Shown: in pieces, positions 1 to 9,045 of the stretch
How the letters are laid out: the number at the start of each line of letters is the position of its first letter
Numbering within the stretch: the stretch's first letter is position 1
From: an uncultured Nitrososphaerota archaeon
GTDB taxonomy: Archaea; Thermoproteota; Nitrososphaeria; Nitrososphaerales; Gagatemarchaeaceae
Reading direction: 5' to 3'
DNA length: 64,000 bases
Assembly (NCBI GenBank): GCA_963838925.1
Contig: CAWISW010000003.1
Location: forward strand, 576,001-640,000
Notes under the pieces: model-generated
Databases searched by the model: none
What the model was told of the DNA's origin: nothing
What the model saw: the letters and a program-made list of their open reading frames with translations, nothing else
Made by a program: the position numbers and the translations under genes

Positions 1-2
1 GA

Positions 3-293
3 AGGCGGGACGTCAAAGCGATCGTCTCCAGGGGCGGAAGGCCAGATCTCGCTTGGGACTACCTCGACCGCGTCGAGGCCCCCACGCTGCTCATCGTGGG
101 AGGGAGCGACGATGAGGCTGTCTTAGACCTCAACGAACGGGCCCTTCAAAGGCTCAACGCGGCCGGGAAGAGGAAGGACAACAAGCTCGTCATAATCCCC
201 GGAGCCACGCACCTCTTTGAAGAACCGGGGACGCTCGAGGAGGTCGCAAGAGCGGCTGCGGCGTGGTTCCTGAAGTTCACAGGTGGATGCTGA
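3..293 (+). CDS. Dienelactone hydrolase-like alpha/beta hydrolase, C-terminal part (truncated by window edge)
   Basis: Frame open from base 3: AIVSRGGRPDL...PTLLIVGG.D...IPGATHLFEEPGTL, typical of the hydrolase usually paired or fused with the downstream PRTase. Confidence 0.8.
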   Translation, partial: RRDVKAIVSRGGRPDLAWDYLDRVEAPTLLIVGGSDDEAVLDLNERALQRLNAAGKRKDNKLVIIPGATHLFEEPGTLEEVARAAAAWFLKFTGGC

Positions 294-947
294 GTGTTCA
301 AAGACAGGGCTGAGGCTGGAAGGATGCTAGCTGGCGCTCTTGCCTTCCTCAAGGGCGATAGAGACGTGGTAGTGCTCGCGATCCCGCGCGGCGGGGTGCC
401 CGTGGCCAAGGAGGTCGCGGACGCTCTAGGCGCCCCGATGGACTTGGTCGTGACGCGGAAGATAGGCGCCCCTGAGGAGCCGGAGCTTGCCGTGGGGGCC
501 GTCACGCAGGACGGCGAGATGATCGTTGACGCTGGAACGATTAGGCTGCTCCGAGTACCGGCCGATTATCTGAAGCGAGAGTCAGCGAGGCAGATCAAGG
601 AGATAGGCAACAGGATGAAGAAGTACCGAGGAGACCGACCCTACCCTGCTTTGAGCGGGAAGACCGTGGTCATAGTGGACGACGGGATAGCGACCGGCCT
701 CACAATCAGAGCGGCTATCCAGTCCGTGAGGGCAAGGAACCCCGCGAAGATCATCGTGGCAGCCCCGGTGGGACCTCCCGACTGCGTGGAGGAGCTCTCG
801 AAGCTCGTGGACAGAGTCGTCTGCCTGAGCACGCCTCAGGACCTCGAGGCCATAGGACAATTCTATGAGCAGTTCGAGCAGGTCCAGGACGAGGTCGTAG
901 AAGCGCTCATGGCTGGCACAGCCCACGCCGGACGGGAAGCGGCCTAG
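294..947 (+). CDS. Phosphoribosyltransferase family protein
   Basis: FKDRAEAGR, LAIPRGGVPVA, RKIGAP and the PRPP-binding motif VVIVDDGIATG. Confidence 0.9.
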   Translation: MFKDRAEAGRMLAGALAFLKGDRDVVVLAIPRGGVPVAKEVADALGAPMDLVVTRKIGAPEEPELAVGAVTQDGEMIVDAGTIRLLRVPADYLKRESARQIKEIGNRMKKYRGDRPYPALSGKTVVIVDDGIATGLTIRAAIQSVRARNPAKIIVAAPVGPPDCVEELSKLVDRVVCLSTPQDLEAIGQFYEQFEQVQDEVVEALMAGTAHAGREAA

Positions 948-976
948 GCTCCCTCGCACTCCCGGGGGCCCGCGCC

Positions 977-2245
977 CTACTGCTTTCCCTGCTCCCAGCG
1001 CAGCGTCGGCGAGACCGAGTTCACCTTCTTCACCAGGGCCCTTGTCCTGTCCCTGAGGTCATCAAGAGGGGCGAACTTCCGGACGATCTCACCGTCCCTG
1101 ATGAGCGGGCTAAGGAGCGGGACGTACCCTCCTTCGGGAGCTTTGTCGCTGGTCGTCACTACGTCGCTCATGGTCTCTGGGTCTCGATACACGTTCTTCT
1201 TGCCCGCCAGGTCTCCCCTCTTCGCGCGCGGAACCCATTTCCCGCTGCCATCCTGAATCTGGACTATCTTGCAGCAGAAGTCGATTACCGGGGCAGCAGA
1301 GACGCTCGTCCCTATCCCGAACCCGTCCACCCAGTCCCTGAGCTCGACCACGTCCTTCTCGTCGATGCCGCCGGACACGATTATCTTGACGTTCTCACCT
1401 CCGCGTAGCTTGAGCTCCCACCTGACCTCCTGGACGAGCTTCCTCATGTCTCCCCTCCTCGAGCCTGGAGTGTCAAGCCTGACGCCGTAGAGCCTGCTCC
1501 CGAGCGTTTGTAGGGCGAGTATCGAGGCGAACTTCTCGTCGCTGATGGTGTCGACCAGCACTATCCTCGGGATGTCCTCGGGGAGGGCGCGGTCGAAGAT
1601 CCTCCACGCCTCGGCTTCGTCTCCGACGCACAGGATGAAGGCGTGGGGCATGGTTCCGCTCGCCTTCCTCTTCATCAGCCTCGCCCCGAGCACGTTCGAG
1701 ACGCTGTCGAGCCCGCCCAGTATCGAGCTTCTTTCCACGATGGGGGCCAGCGCAGGGTGCACCCTCCTCGTCCCGAAGCCGATTATCATCTTCCCCTCGG
1801 CTAGGTAGACGAGCCGGGCGGCCTTCGTGCAGATTCCGCTCGCCTGGCAAAGGAATCCGAGCACCGGGTTCTCGTACACCCCGAAGTCCCCGTAGCGGCC
1901 GGTGATCCTAAGGACCGGTTCGTTGACAGCAAGCTCGGGGTCGGTCAGGAACACCTCGCCCTCCTCCATCGCGTCGACGTCGACGGGGAGTCCTTGCAGG
2001 AGCTTCGCAACCTCGTAGATGCCAGAGACGACCGCCCACTTGGAGCCGTAGGGGTTCTTCCGGGTGAAGACCTCCATCGTAACCATGGGGTTGATCCCCG
2101 CGGACTTCAACGCGTCCCTCGCGTACTCGAAGTAGACGTCGGTCGTCACCCCGCCCTTGATCTCCTCTTCGTTAGGCATCCAGAAGAGACGGTCTTCCAG
2201 GTCGCTCTTCCTTGTCGTCGACCGCTGAGGAGTCGAAGAACTCAC
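977..2245 (-). CDS. pncB: Nicotinate phosphoribosyltransferase
   Basis: TTDVYF, FGTRRVHP, SGTMPHA, GVRLDTPGSRRG, VSGGI, GFGIGTS; archaeal-type NAPRTase. Confidence 0.92.
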   Translation of the reverse strand: MSSSTPQRSTTRKSDLEDRLFWMPNEEEIKGGVTTDVYFEYARDALKSAGINPMVTMEVFTRKNPYGSKWAVVSGIYEVAKLLQGLPVDVDAMEEGEVFLTDPELAVNEPVLRITGRYGDFGVYENPVLGFLCQASGICTKAARLVYLAEGKMIIGFGTRRVHPALAPIVERSSILGGLDSVSNVLGARLMKRKASGTMPHAFILCVGDEAEAWRIFDRALPEDIPRIVLVDTISDEKFASILALQTLGSRLYGVRLDTPGSRRGDMRKLVQEVRWELKLRGGENVKIIVSGGIDEKDVVELRDWVDGFGIGTSVSAAPVIDFCCKIVQIQDGSGKWVPRAKRGDLAGKKNVYRDPETMSDVVTTSDKAPEGGYVPLLSPLIRDGEIVRKFAPLDDLRDRTRALVKKVNSVSPTLRWEQGKQ

Positions 2246-2263
2246 CCTTCCCGAGCCCGCAGC

Positions 2264-2707
2264 CTACTTCACGACCAGGACGTCGCACTTGGCGTGGTTG
2301 ATGACAGCCGTCGAGACGCTTCCCATCAGGAACCTCTCGACTCCTCGCATCCCTCGCCTGCCCACCACTATCAGGTTCACCTTGTACTCGGTGGCTATGG
2401 TGAGGATCATGTCCGCCGGTTGGCCCTCTTCGGCCGACGCGTAGGTGTCTTTGAGTCCAGAGCTCTTGGCGATGTCGAGGGCGGTGCTGGTAAGGTCCTC
2501 GGCATTCTCCTTCGTCTGCTCGTTGAACCGCTTGTATATCGCTCCGCTTGCGTACGCTGCGTAGCTCACGGTATCTGCAACCACAACGACTCTCAGCTCT
2601 CCCTTTGACTGCCTTGCGAGCTCGATCGCCCTGCGGAGCGCCCTCTCGGCGTTTTCTGAGCCATCAAATCCGACCAGAATCCTATCGTAGACTACCTTTT
2701 GGCTCAA
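2264..2707 (-). CDS. Universal stress protein (UspA family)
   Basis: ILVGFDGSENA...LIVVGRRG...FLMGSVS..VINHAKCDVLVVK. Confidence 0.95.
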   Translation of the reverse strand: MSQKVVYDRILVGFDGSENAERALRRAIELARQSKGELRVVVVADTVSYAAYASGAIYKRFNEQTKENAEDLTSTALDIAKSSGLKDTYASAEEGQPADMILTIATEYKVNLIVVGRRGMRGVERFLMGSVSTAVINHAKCDVLVVK

Positions 2708-2771
2708 GCGACGCCTTCCCCCTTCGAGATGATATTCAAGTCAGTCATTGGCCGTGTCTGAGGGCAGCCGC

Positions 2772-2808
2772 ATATTTAACATCCGTAAACGATTCTCAAG
2801 ATTGATTT
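2772..2808 (-). promoter_or_regulatory. Promoter of usp-pncB: AAATCA-ATCT-TGAGAA box, 13 bp, then TATA (TTAAATAT)
   Basis: Minus strand reads aaatca atct TGAGAA tcgtttacggatg TTAAATAT; same motif and spacing at four other promoters. Confidence 0.65.
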
Positions 2809-2851
2809 CGTGGCGTTGGGAATCGCTTAGCCGTCTGCCTCCTTCTCGCCT

Positions 2852-3988
2852 CTACTCTATGACGTGGATGTTCTTCCTTTCGCACATGTCCTTCAGGATC
2901 TTGGGCCAGACGCTGACGGTGACCTCGCCCAGGTGGGCCTTCTTGAGGAGCAGCATGTATGTCCGGGCCTGCCCGATCCCCCCGCCTACGCTGAGAGGCA
3001 GCTCGTTCTTGATTATCCCCTGGTGGTAGGGGAACTTCAGGAAGTCAAGCTGGCCGCTCATCTCTAGCTGCTTCCTCAGGGTCTGAGCATCGACGCGGAT
3101 GCCCATCGAGGTCAGCTCGTGGCGGCGCTTCGTGACCGGGTTCCAGACGAGGATGTCTCCGTTGAGCCCGTGCATGGGCCTGCCGTCCTCCGAGACTGTA
3201 GGAGTAGCCCAGTCGTCGTAGTCGGCCGCCCGCATCTCGTGCGGGAAGCCGTCCTTGAGAGTCCATCCGATCCCGATGATGAAGACCGCCGGATGCTCCT
3301 GGAGGATCGCGGTCTCCCTCTGCTTCCGAGGCAGGTCGGGGTACTCCTCGAGTATGTCCTCGGCGTGGATGAACTCGATCTCGTCCGGTAGGCTCTGGTA
3401 CCTGTCGGTCGCGAGCTGGGGGAACTCCTGCTGTATGTGGTTCTCGGCTCCTTTCAGGACCTTCCATATCTTCCTGACCACTTCCTTGAGGTATCCGACG
3501 TCCCGCTGGTCGGCAGTGATCGCCCTCTCCCAGTCCCACTGGTCCACGTAAGCGCTGTGGTCGTGGTCGAGGAAGTAGTCCTTGCGAACGGCCCTCATGT
3601 CGGTGCAGAGGCCTTCGCCCGGCTTCATCCCGAATTGCTTCAGCGCGATGCGCTTCCACTTCGTGGCGGCCTGAACCACCTGGGCGTCGACAGGATGCTT
3701 GTCGCGGTCGTTCGAGATGTGGAACTGCACCGGCGTCCGCGAAAGGTCGCGGTCGAGTAGGTCGTTCACTCCGCTCTCGGCGTCCACTATGAGCGGGACT
3801 TGGACCATCATGAGGTTCAGCTCCCTGCAGAGGTTTCGCTCGATGTAGTTTTTCACGTCGAAGACCGCGCTCTGCGTGTCCTTCGGATTCAGCAGGGAGG
3901 AGTAGTCGGCCGGGAGCACCTTCTCCAGCTCCTCGTACGAGCCTATTCCAGGGCCTGCCAGGTCGGCTCTCTTGGCTTTCTCAGACAA
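2852..3988 (-). CDS. asnA: Aspartate--ammonia ligase (asparagine synthetase A)
   Basis: QAATKWKR, GEGLCTDMRAVR, HSAYVDQWDWE, RAADYDDW, LNGDIL, SMGIRV, GGGIGQAR; likely TTG start at 3988 (ORF extends to 4069). Confidence 0.9.
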   Translation of the reverse strand: MSEKAKRADLAGPGIGSYEELEKVLPADYSSLLNPKDTQSAVFDVKNYIERNLCRELNLMMVQVPLIVDAESGVNDLLDRDLSRTPVQFHISNDRDKHPVDAQVVQAATKWKRIALKQFGMKPGEGLCTDMRAVRKDYFLDHDHSAYVDQWDWERAITADQRDVGYLKEVVRKIWKVLKGAENHIQQEFPQLATDRYQSLPDEIEFIHAEDILEEYPDLPRKQRETAILQEHPAVFIIGIGWTLKDGFPHEMRAADYDDWATPTVSEDGRPMHGLNGDILVWNPVTKRRHELTSMGIRVDAQTLRKQLEMSGQLDFLKFPYHQGIIKNELPLSVGGGIGQARTYMLLLKKAHLGEVTVSVWPKILKDMCERKNIHVIE

Positions 3989-4062
3989 TTCGCTCGTAGC
4001 GGCGGATGCACGGCGCGGTATATTGATTTGGGATGCCGGCACCGACTCAAGGCGCCTCAGGA

Positions 4063-4098
4063 TTGCCAAGCTTGAGAATCGTGCCTCTGCTTTTTAAG
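4063..4098 (+). promoter_or_regulatory. Promoter of CBS gene: TTGCCA-AGCT-TGAGAA box, 12-13 bp, then TATA (TTTTTAAG)
   Basis: ttgcca agct TGAGAA tcgtgcctctgc TTTTTAAG, about 33 bp before the TTG start. Confidence 0.65.
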
Positions 4099-4130
4099 AC
4101 CGCAACTCGCTCCGCGCGACGAAGATACAA

Positions 4131-4637
4131 TTGTCGCTAATCGATGCGCCAGTGAGAAGCGCCATGACCAAGAACGTCAAGACGGTCGAGGCAACGAAGA
4201 CGCTCGCAGACTGCGTGAAGTCGATGCGGGATGCAGACATCGGGTGCATGGTCGTGGTCGGGAAGGACCAAACACCCGTCGGAATATTCACCGAGAGGGA
4301 TCTGGTGAACAAGATTGCGGAAAAAGGTCACGCAGTCCTTAGCCAACAGATGGCGCAGGTCATGAACAAGCCCCTGACGATCATCTCCCCGGTTGCGACG
4401 ATCTGGGATGCGGTGACGCTCATGGGGCGTGCCAACATCAGGCGGCTTCCGGTGGTGGAGAACGGCCACTTGGTCGGAATACTGACTGAGAGGGACGTGT
4501 TCCGACTCATACTGGCTCAACAGAACCTGCTGTTGGAGACCGTGTCCGAGTCCCTTCCTGCTGCCACCAGAGAGCAGGTGAGGGGAATAGCCGGTCGCTT
4601 CGGCCTTGAGAGACCCCCCGGCCGAGCGAGCGCTTGA
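4131..4637 (+). CDS. CBS-domain pair protein
   Basis: Two CBS repeats: MTKNVKTV...PVGIFTERDL and MNKPLTII...IRRLPVVENGHLVGILTERD. Confidence 0.92.
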   Translation: MSLIDAPVRSAMTKNVKTVEATKTLADCVKSMRDADIGCMVVVGKDQTPVGIFTERDLVNKIAEKGHAVLSQQMAQVMNKPLTIISPVATIWDAVTLMGRANIRRLPVVENGHLVGILTERDVFRLILAQQNLLLETVSESLPAATREQVRGIAGRFGLERPPGRASA

Positions 4638-4662
4638 TCGAAGCTCTTTGAGAGTAGCAACA

Positions 4663-6273
4663 TCACAGCCAAGTTACCGAGAAGTGGTCGCCTCGAGAGA
4701 CCAGCGGGGCGAACGGCGTCCCTGTCCCGGCGTAGAACTGCGAAAGCCACTCGTACAGCTGCAGCCTCATGTCCTGGATGTAGACGATTACGCCCTCCAG
4801 GCTTATCACCGCGACGTTGAGGATTACGGCGACGACCACGCCGGCGGCTCCGTATGACAGGACGCCGCCCACCAAGCTCCCCAGCAGCGTGGTCGTGATC
4901 AGTAGTACCCCAAGCCGAATGTAGCTGAGCGTGTTCAGGAAGAACTCGAAGGGCTTCGCTACCGATTCAAGGAGGCCCTCGCCCAACCCCCTTGCCGCTC
5001 TCCGCAGACTTCGAGTTGACAGATATTCGCGAACCGGGTGCCCCACCACCATGAAGAGCAACGTTGCGACTATCACAGGCAGAGACACGCCTGCAGTGAC
5101 CGCGATGGGGACGCTCAGACCCAAGAGATTATTGAATATGGGCGTCGGCGCGGTGCTAGTAAGCAAGACCCCGAAGTTCAGGCCTGTTCCTGCCACGGCG
5201 AAGCCGAACGGAATGAAGAAGGCGTAGAGTACGATGGTTGGGAGCCTATCCAGGAAGGCGTCGAGGTAGTTCCCGGCCCTCTCTTGGTTGACAAAGGCGA
5301 TCGAGTATCCGCTCGCCAGATGGAATGCGCCGATTAGTATCGCCACCTCAAGAAGAAAGGGTATCGACGAGAGCGTGAAGCTGGCGCTTAGGGCAGGCGG
5401 GAGAGGAATCACCTTCTGCAAAGGCGACTGGAAGGGCACGCCGAAGAACGACCCCCTGACGAAGCCGAACACCGTCGTCGAGAAGCTGAGGATGAAGATG
5501 AGCTCTCCCCAAGCCTTGTATGCAGTCCGGTAGACCAGATACAGCCCGAAAGCGAGCAGCGCGATGCCGTGGCCCACGTCAGCAAACATCACACCGAAGA
5601 AGAACGGGAAGACAAACGCAAGGATAGGGGTCGGGTCGACCTCTCCATACTTGGGGAGGCCGCGCTCGAGCGTGAGGCTCTCGAAGACCGAGACTAGTCG
5701 AGGGTTCACGAGCAGAGTCGGGATGTATGCCACATCTTTGCCCTGCGTCTTGACCGGCTCGGCTGCGACGAGGTAGCTTCCCATCGAGTCCTTGAACGAG
5801 TCAAGCGCGTGCGCGGGGACGAATCCCTCGGTCCTCAGCTTCGCGTCCTCAGAGGGGTACACGAAGATCCTCTGGAGGTCGCTGAATACCATGAGAGACG
5901 CTTCCTGGATAGCCAAGAGGACTTGCGTCACCCCCCACTTGTCGTCCGACTCGGTGAACAACGAGAGGTTCTTCTCGATTATCTCAATGTACTCCTCCAG
6001 CACTCTCACGAGTTCGTCTACGTCGTGCGCTTCGAACTTCTCGACCTGCTTCCCTCGGTTGGCAGTCTTGAACAGGCCTTCCCCGAGCAGCTCGCTGGCC
6101 TGCGCGTAGATCTCGTGAGCCTTGGAGCCCGTCAGAAGCAGGCCGATGTCCTGTACCATCCCTCCCTTCCTTGACGGGTGGAATGCGATGAACTTGATCA
6201 CCTTCGCCATCAGCCGGCCCGCCTCGGACTTGGGCGCCTCCAGAGTCACCCTGACGAGACGAGCCACCGCCAA
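4663..6273 (-). CDS. A/V-type ATPase subunit I (a) homolog, stand-alone
   Basis: PKYGEVDPTP..FPFFFGVMFADVGHG, NTLSYIRL (essential Arg), IQDMRLQLYEWLSQFY.G.G.PF.P; shortened N-terminal domain; no other ATPase subunits adjacent. Confidence 0.85.
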   Translation of the reverse strand: MAVARLVRVTLEAPKSEAGRLMAKVIKFIAFHPSRKGGMVQDIGLLLTGSKAHEIYAQASELLGEGLFKTANRGKQVEKFEAHDVDELVRVLEEYIEIIEKNLSLFTESDDKWGVTQVLLAIQEASLMVFSDLQRIFVYPSEDAKLRTEGFVPAHALDSFKDSMGSYLVAAEPVKTQGKDVAYIPTLLVNPRLVSVFESLTLERGLPKYGEVDPTPILAFVFPFFFGVMFADVGHGIALLAFGLYLVYRTAYKAWGELIFILSFSTTVFGFVRGSFFGVPFQSPLQKVIPLPPALSASFTLSSIPFLLEVAILIGAFHLASGYSIAFVNQERAGNYLDAFLDRLPTIVLYAFFIPFGFAVAGTGLNFGVLLTSTAPTPIFNNLLGLSVPIAVTAGVSLPVIVATLLFMVVGHPVREYLSTRSLRRAARGLGEGLLESVAKPFEFFLNTLSYIRLGVLLITTTLLGSLVGGVLSYGAAGVVVAVILNVAVISLEGVIVYIQDMRLQLYEWLSQFYAGTGTPFAPLVSRGDHFSVTWL

Positions 6274-6297
6274 CTTACAGCGCCTTCAGGATTGCTC

Positions 6298-6759
6298 TCA
6301 GCGTATCACGAGTACCGCGCACCCGGAGTACTCTACAAGGCCTGACGCCACGCTCCCCACGAGGATCCTCCTCGAAGGTGTAGTCCCACGAGTTCCGGTA
6401 ACGATGAGGTCTGCCTTCATCGTCTCCGCATAACCGAGGATTGCGTCCACGACGGAATACGCACCCACGACAATCTCAGTCTTGACGCCGATTCCGTGTC
6501 TCGCGGCTATCTCCTCAACATCTTTCATCCACTTCTTCGCGTTCCTCCTTGCGTTCGCGTAGTTGTCGGCGAGCCCTCCCTGCAGCTCGAATTGCGGGGC
6601 CGGCACGACGTGGAGAGCCAGAAGCTCCGCCCCGTCCTGCCGAGCGATGCGCGCCGCGTGCTCCGCTCCCCTCAGTGACACTTCCGAGCCATCCACGGCG
6701 ACCACAATCCGAGTGAAGCCTTTCTTGCCTGTCGACGGCGCAGACATGCGTGCTTCCAT
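6298..6759 (-). CDS. Universal stress protein (UspA family)
   Basis: IVVAVDGSEVS...ADLIVTGTRG...LVGSVASGLV..SGCAVLVIR. Confidence 0.93.
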   Translation of the reverse strand: MEARMSAPSTGKKGFTRIVVAVDGSEVSLRGAEHAARIARQDGAELLALHVVPAPQFELQGGLADNYANARRNAKKWMKDVEEIAARHGIGVKTEIVVGAYSVVDAILGYAETMKADLIVTGTRGTTPSRRILVGSVASGLVEYSGCAVLVIR

Positions 6760-6771
6760 CGGCCCTTTCGT

Positions 6772-6806
6772 ATTTAATCAGGCGGTGGCTTTCTCAATCG
6801 TGAGAA
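6772..6806 (-). promoter_or_regulatory. Promoter of usp-subunit I: perfect TTCTCA-N4-TGAGAA palindrome, 13 bp, then TATA (TTAAATA)
   Basis: Palindrome at 6791-6806; minus strand TGAGAA agccaccgcctga TTAAATA. Confidence 0.75.
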
Positions 6807-6892
6807 TGGTCGGTAGGAATCTGGAATCGCTCTCCTCGCCTTAGGACGCCAAATTAAAGGCCAAAATAGTCTGCCCTCTAGGCTGCATAGCA

Positions 6893-7189
6893 ATGAGCTC
6901 CGACAACGAAGAGGAAGAGGCGGTCGTCCAAGAACGCGAGGTGACCGCAGAGCCTGACGCCAAGTCAGTCGAAGAGGCGGAGGAAGAAGTCGACGAGCTC
7001 GAAGAAGAGGTAGAGGAGGAGACCGAAGAGAAGGAGTCGGAGAAGATCGAAGACAGGCTGGACGAAAAACAGAGCGGCAGCAGCACCGCCGCCGCAAGAA
7101 GGCGACGAAGCAAGAAGAAGGCCAAGCCGAAGCCGAAGAAGCCTCCTCAGAAGAAGGTCAGACGCGGGTCCAAGACAAAGCGCCGTTGA
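6893..7189 (+). CDS. Small charge-segregated protein (Glu-rich N-terminus, Lys/Arg-rich C-terminus)
   Basis: ATG start downstream of an AT-rich box at about 6851; fills the intergenic gap; low complexity, no recognised family. Confidence 0.65.
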   Translation: MSSDNEEEEAVVQEREVTAEPDAKSVEEAEEEVDELEEEVEEETEEKESEKIEDRLDEKQSGSSTAAARRRRSKKKAKPKPKKPPQKKVRRGSKTKRR

Positions 7190-7198
7190 TCGGCGCAG

Positions 7199-7235
7199 TT
7201 CTCAAATCTGAGAATCGCCTTCGCGCGTTATATAT
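7199..7235 (+). promoter_or_regulatory. Promoter of flavoprotein operon: perfect TTCTCA-AATC-TGAGAA, 13 bp, then TATA (TTATATAT)
   Basis: TTCTCA aatc TGAGAA tcgccttcgcgcg TTATATAT, 22 bp before ATG 7258. Confidence 0.75.
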
Positions 7236-7257
7236 TAGAGAACGCACGAAGAATCCC

Positions 7258-9018
7258 ATGTCTGAAGCAGAGAAAAAGGGACCAGAGACTCCTACCAGCA
7301 AGGGAGTGTCGAGAAGACAGCTCCTCACAGGGGCGGTGGGCGGTCTCATCGTAGGCGCAGTGGCTGGCACAGCGATCGGTTCCCTTGGTTTCCCCAAGAC
7401 CGTCACCAAGACACAAACGGAAACATCTACTTCTACGACAACGTCCGTTTCTCAACCATGGCTCCCGGCTTCATGGGACTACGTCGCGGACGTGGTCGTC
7501 GTCGGCTTCGGCGGGGCTGGAGGAGTGGCGGCATTGAACGCTAACAAGGCGGGAGCCAAGGTTCTCATTTTGGAGAAGGCGCCCCAGGCTTATGCGGGGG
7601 GGAACACGAGCGTTTCGGGTGGAAACATATTCACGCCCTCGCCTGTAGCTGATGCGGTCACCTATCTCAACGCAATGGCGGGTCCGTATCCAATCCCGCA
7701 GGACATGGTCCAGACATGGGCGCAGCAGATGAGCCAGAACTTGGCCTCGCTCACAAGCCTCGGCGCCACTGCTTATCAGCAGGACACCTCAAGCGAGGTT
7801 CCGTCAGGATACGTAACTGCGCCCGCGAGCTTCCTCCCCGAGTTTTCAGCGCTTCCAGGCTCGGACTGCGCGCACGAGATTTGCTGCGGAGCTGCTCCCG
7901 GCCGAGGCTTGGACTATTTCAATGATGTCGCAAGCCTCGTCCAGAAGGCCGGAATACAGGTGCTCTACCAGACTCCGGCAACCGGTCTGGTTCAAAACCC
8001 CCAGACAGGGGAGATACTGGGAGTGATAGCGACCACCGCCACTGGAGGCACGGCCACAACCCCTGGCACGAACGGCGGCACTCCAATCCACGTCAAGGCC
8101 AGCAAGGCGGTGATCCTGACCCTCGGGGGATATGAGAACAACCCTCAGATGCTTCGCGATTTCTGTCAGCTCGCCAATGGTGGTCCGCACGGAACTCCGT
8201 ACAACACGGGAGACGGAATACCAATAGTGCAGAGTGTCGGTGCAGCTCTCTGGCACATGGACAACATATCGGGCTCTGGATTTGGCTTCCAGCCCACTCC
8301 CACCTCGCCGTTCTTCGGATTGTCGATGCCTGCACAAGGGTACATCTACATAGGAGCCGACGGCGCGCGGTTCGTCAACGAGAACGTCTCGAACCACCAC
8401 GGCAAGATCCCGTTCAACTATGTGGCCAACCCCACGGTCACGGCGAGCACCACCTGGATACCATACCCGACGCCATTCCCCATACAGGTAATCTTCGACG
8501 ACACAACGAGAGCGGCCGGTCCCATCACGCCTCTGCCAAACCCCGCCAGTCTGGGTTGGAACGTGGTCCGTGGCGTATACACTTGGAGCAGCGACAACAG
8601 CGTCGAGATAGGAAATGGCTGGATTACGAAAGCGGCAACTCTTCAGGAACTGGCTCCCCTTATCAACCGAGACCCCACCCAACTATCGAACGTGGTCGCC
8701 CAGTACAACAGTTACTGCGCAGCGGGCGTCGATGCGCAGTTCGGGAGGCCCAAGACAGACCTCATACCGATTCAGACTGCGCCGTACTACGCGGTCAGTC
8801 TGCAGTTCCATATGTTCAACACCCAAGGCGGTGCGAAGCGAAACACAAAGGCGCAGGTGGTGGACGCCGAGAACAACCCGATTCCGAGGCTCTATAGCGC
8901 GGGAGAATTCGGATCCATCTACAGCTGGGAGTACAACGGCGGCGGCAACCTAGGAGAGACTGTGGCCTTCGGCACCATCGCGGGCCAGACCGCGGCACAA
9001 GAGACTCCCTGGGGCTAG
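7258..9018 (+). CDS. Tat-exported FAD-binding oxidoreductase (FAD_binding_2; flavocytochrome c/KstD-like)
   Basis: SRRQLL Tat motif plus hydrophobic helix and Thr-rich linker; DVVVVGFGGAG, GGNTSVSGG, NTGDG, GARFVNE, NTQGG, IPRLYSAGE, GGGNL; ATG at 7258. Confidence 0.88.
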   Translation: MSEAEKKGPETPTSKGVSRRQLLTGAVGGLIVGAVAGTAIGSLGFPKTVTKTQTETSTSTTTSVSQPWLPASWDYVADVVVVGFGGAGGVAALNANKAGAKVLILEKAPQAYAGGNTSVSGGNIFTPSPVADAVTYLNAMAGPYPIPQDMVQTWAQQMSQNLASLTSLGATAYQQDTSSEVPSGYVTAPASFLPEFSALPGSDCAHEICCGAAPGRGLDYFNDVASLVQKAGIQVLYQTPATGLVQNPQTGEILGVIATTATGGTATTPGTNGGTPIHVKASKAVILTLGGYENNPQMLRDFCQLANGGPHGTPYNTGDGIPIVQSVGAALWHMDNISGSGFGFQPTPTSPFFGLSMPAQGYIYIGADGARFVNENVSNHHGKIPFNYVANPTVTASTTWIPYPTPFPIQVIFDDTTRAAGPITPLPNPASLGWNVVRGVYTWSSDNSVEIGNGWITKAATLQELAPLINRDPTQLSNVVAQYNSYCAAGVDAQFGRPKTDLIPIQTAPYYAVSLQFHMFNTQGGAKRNTKAQVVDAENNPIPRLYSAGEFGSIYSWEYNGGGNLGETVAFGTIAGQTAAQETPWG

Positions 9019-9045
9019 GTAGGCGGCCGAGGGGTTGAACGATGA

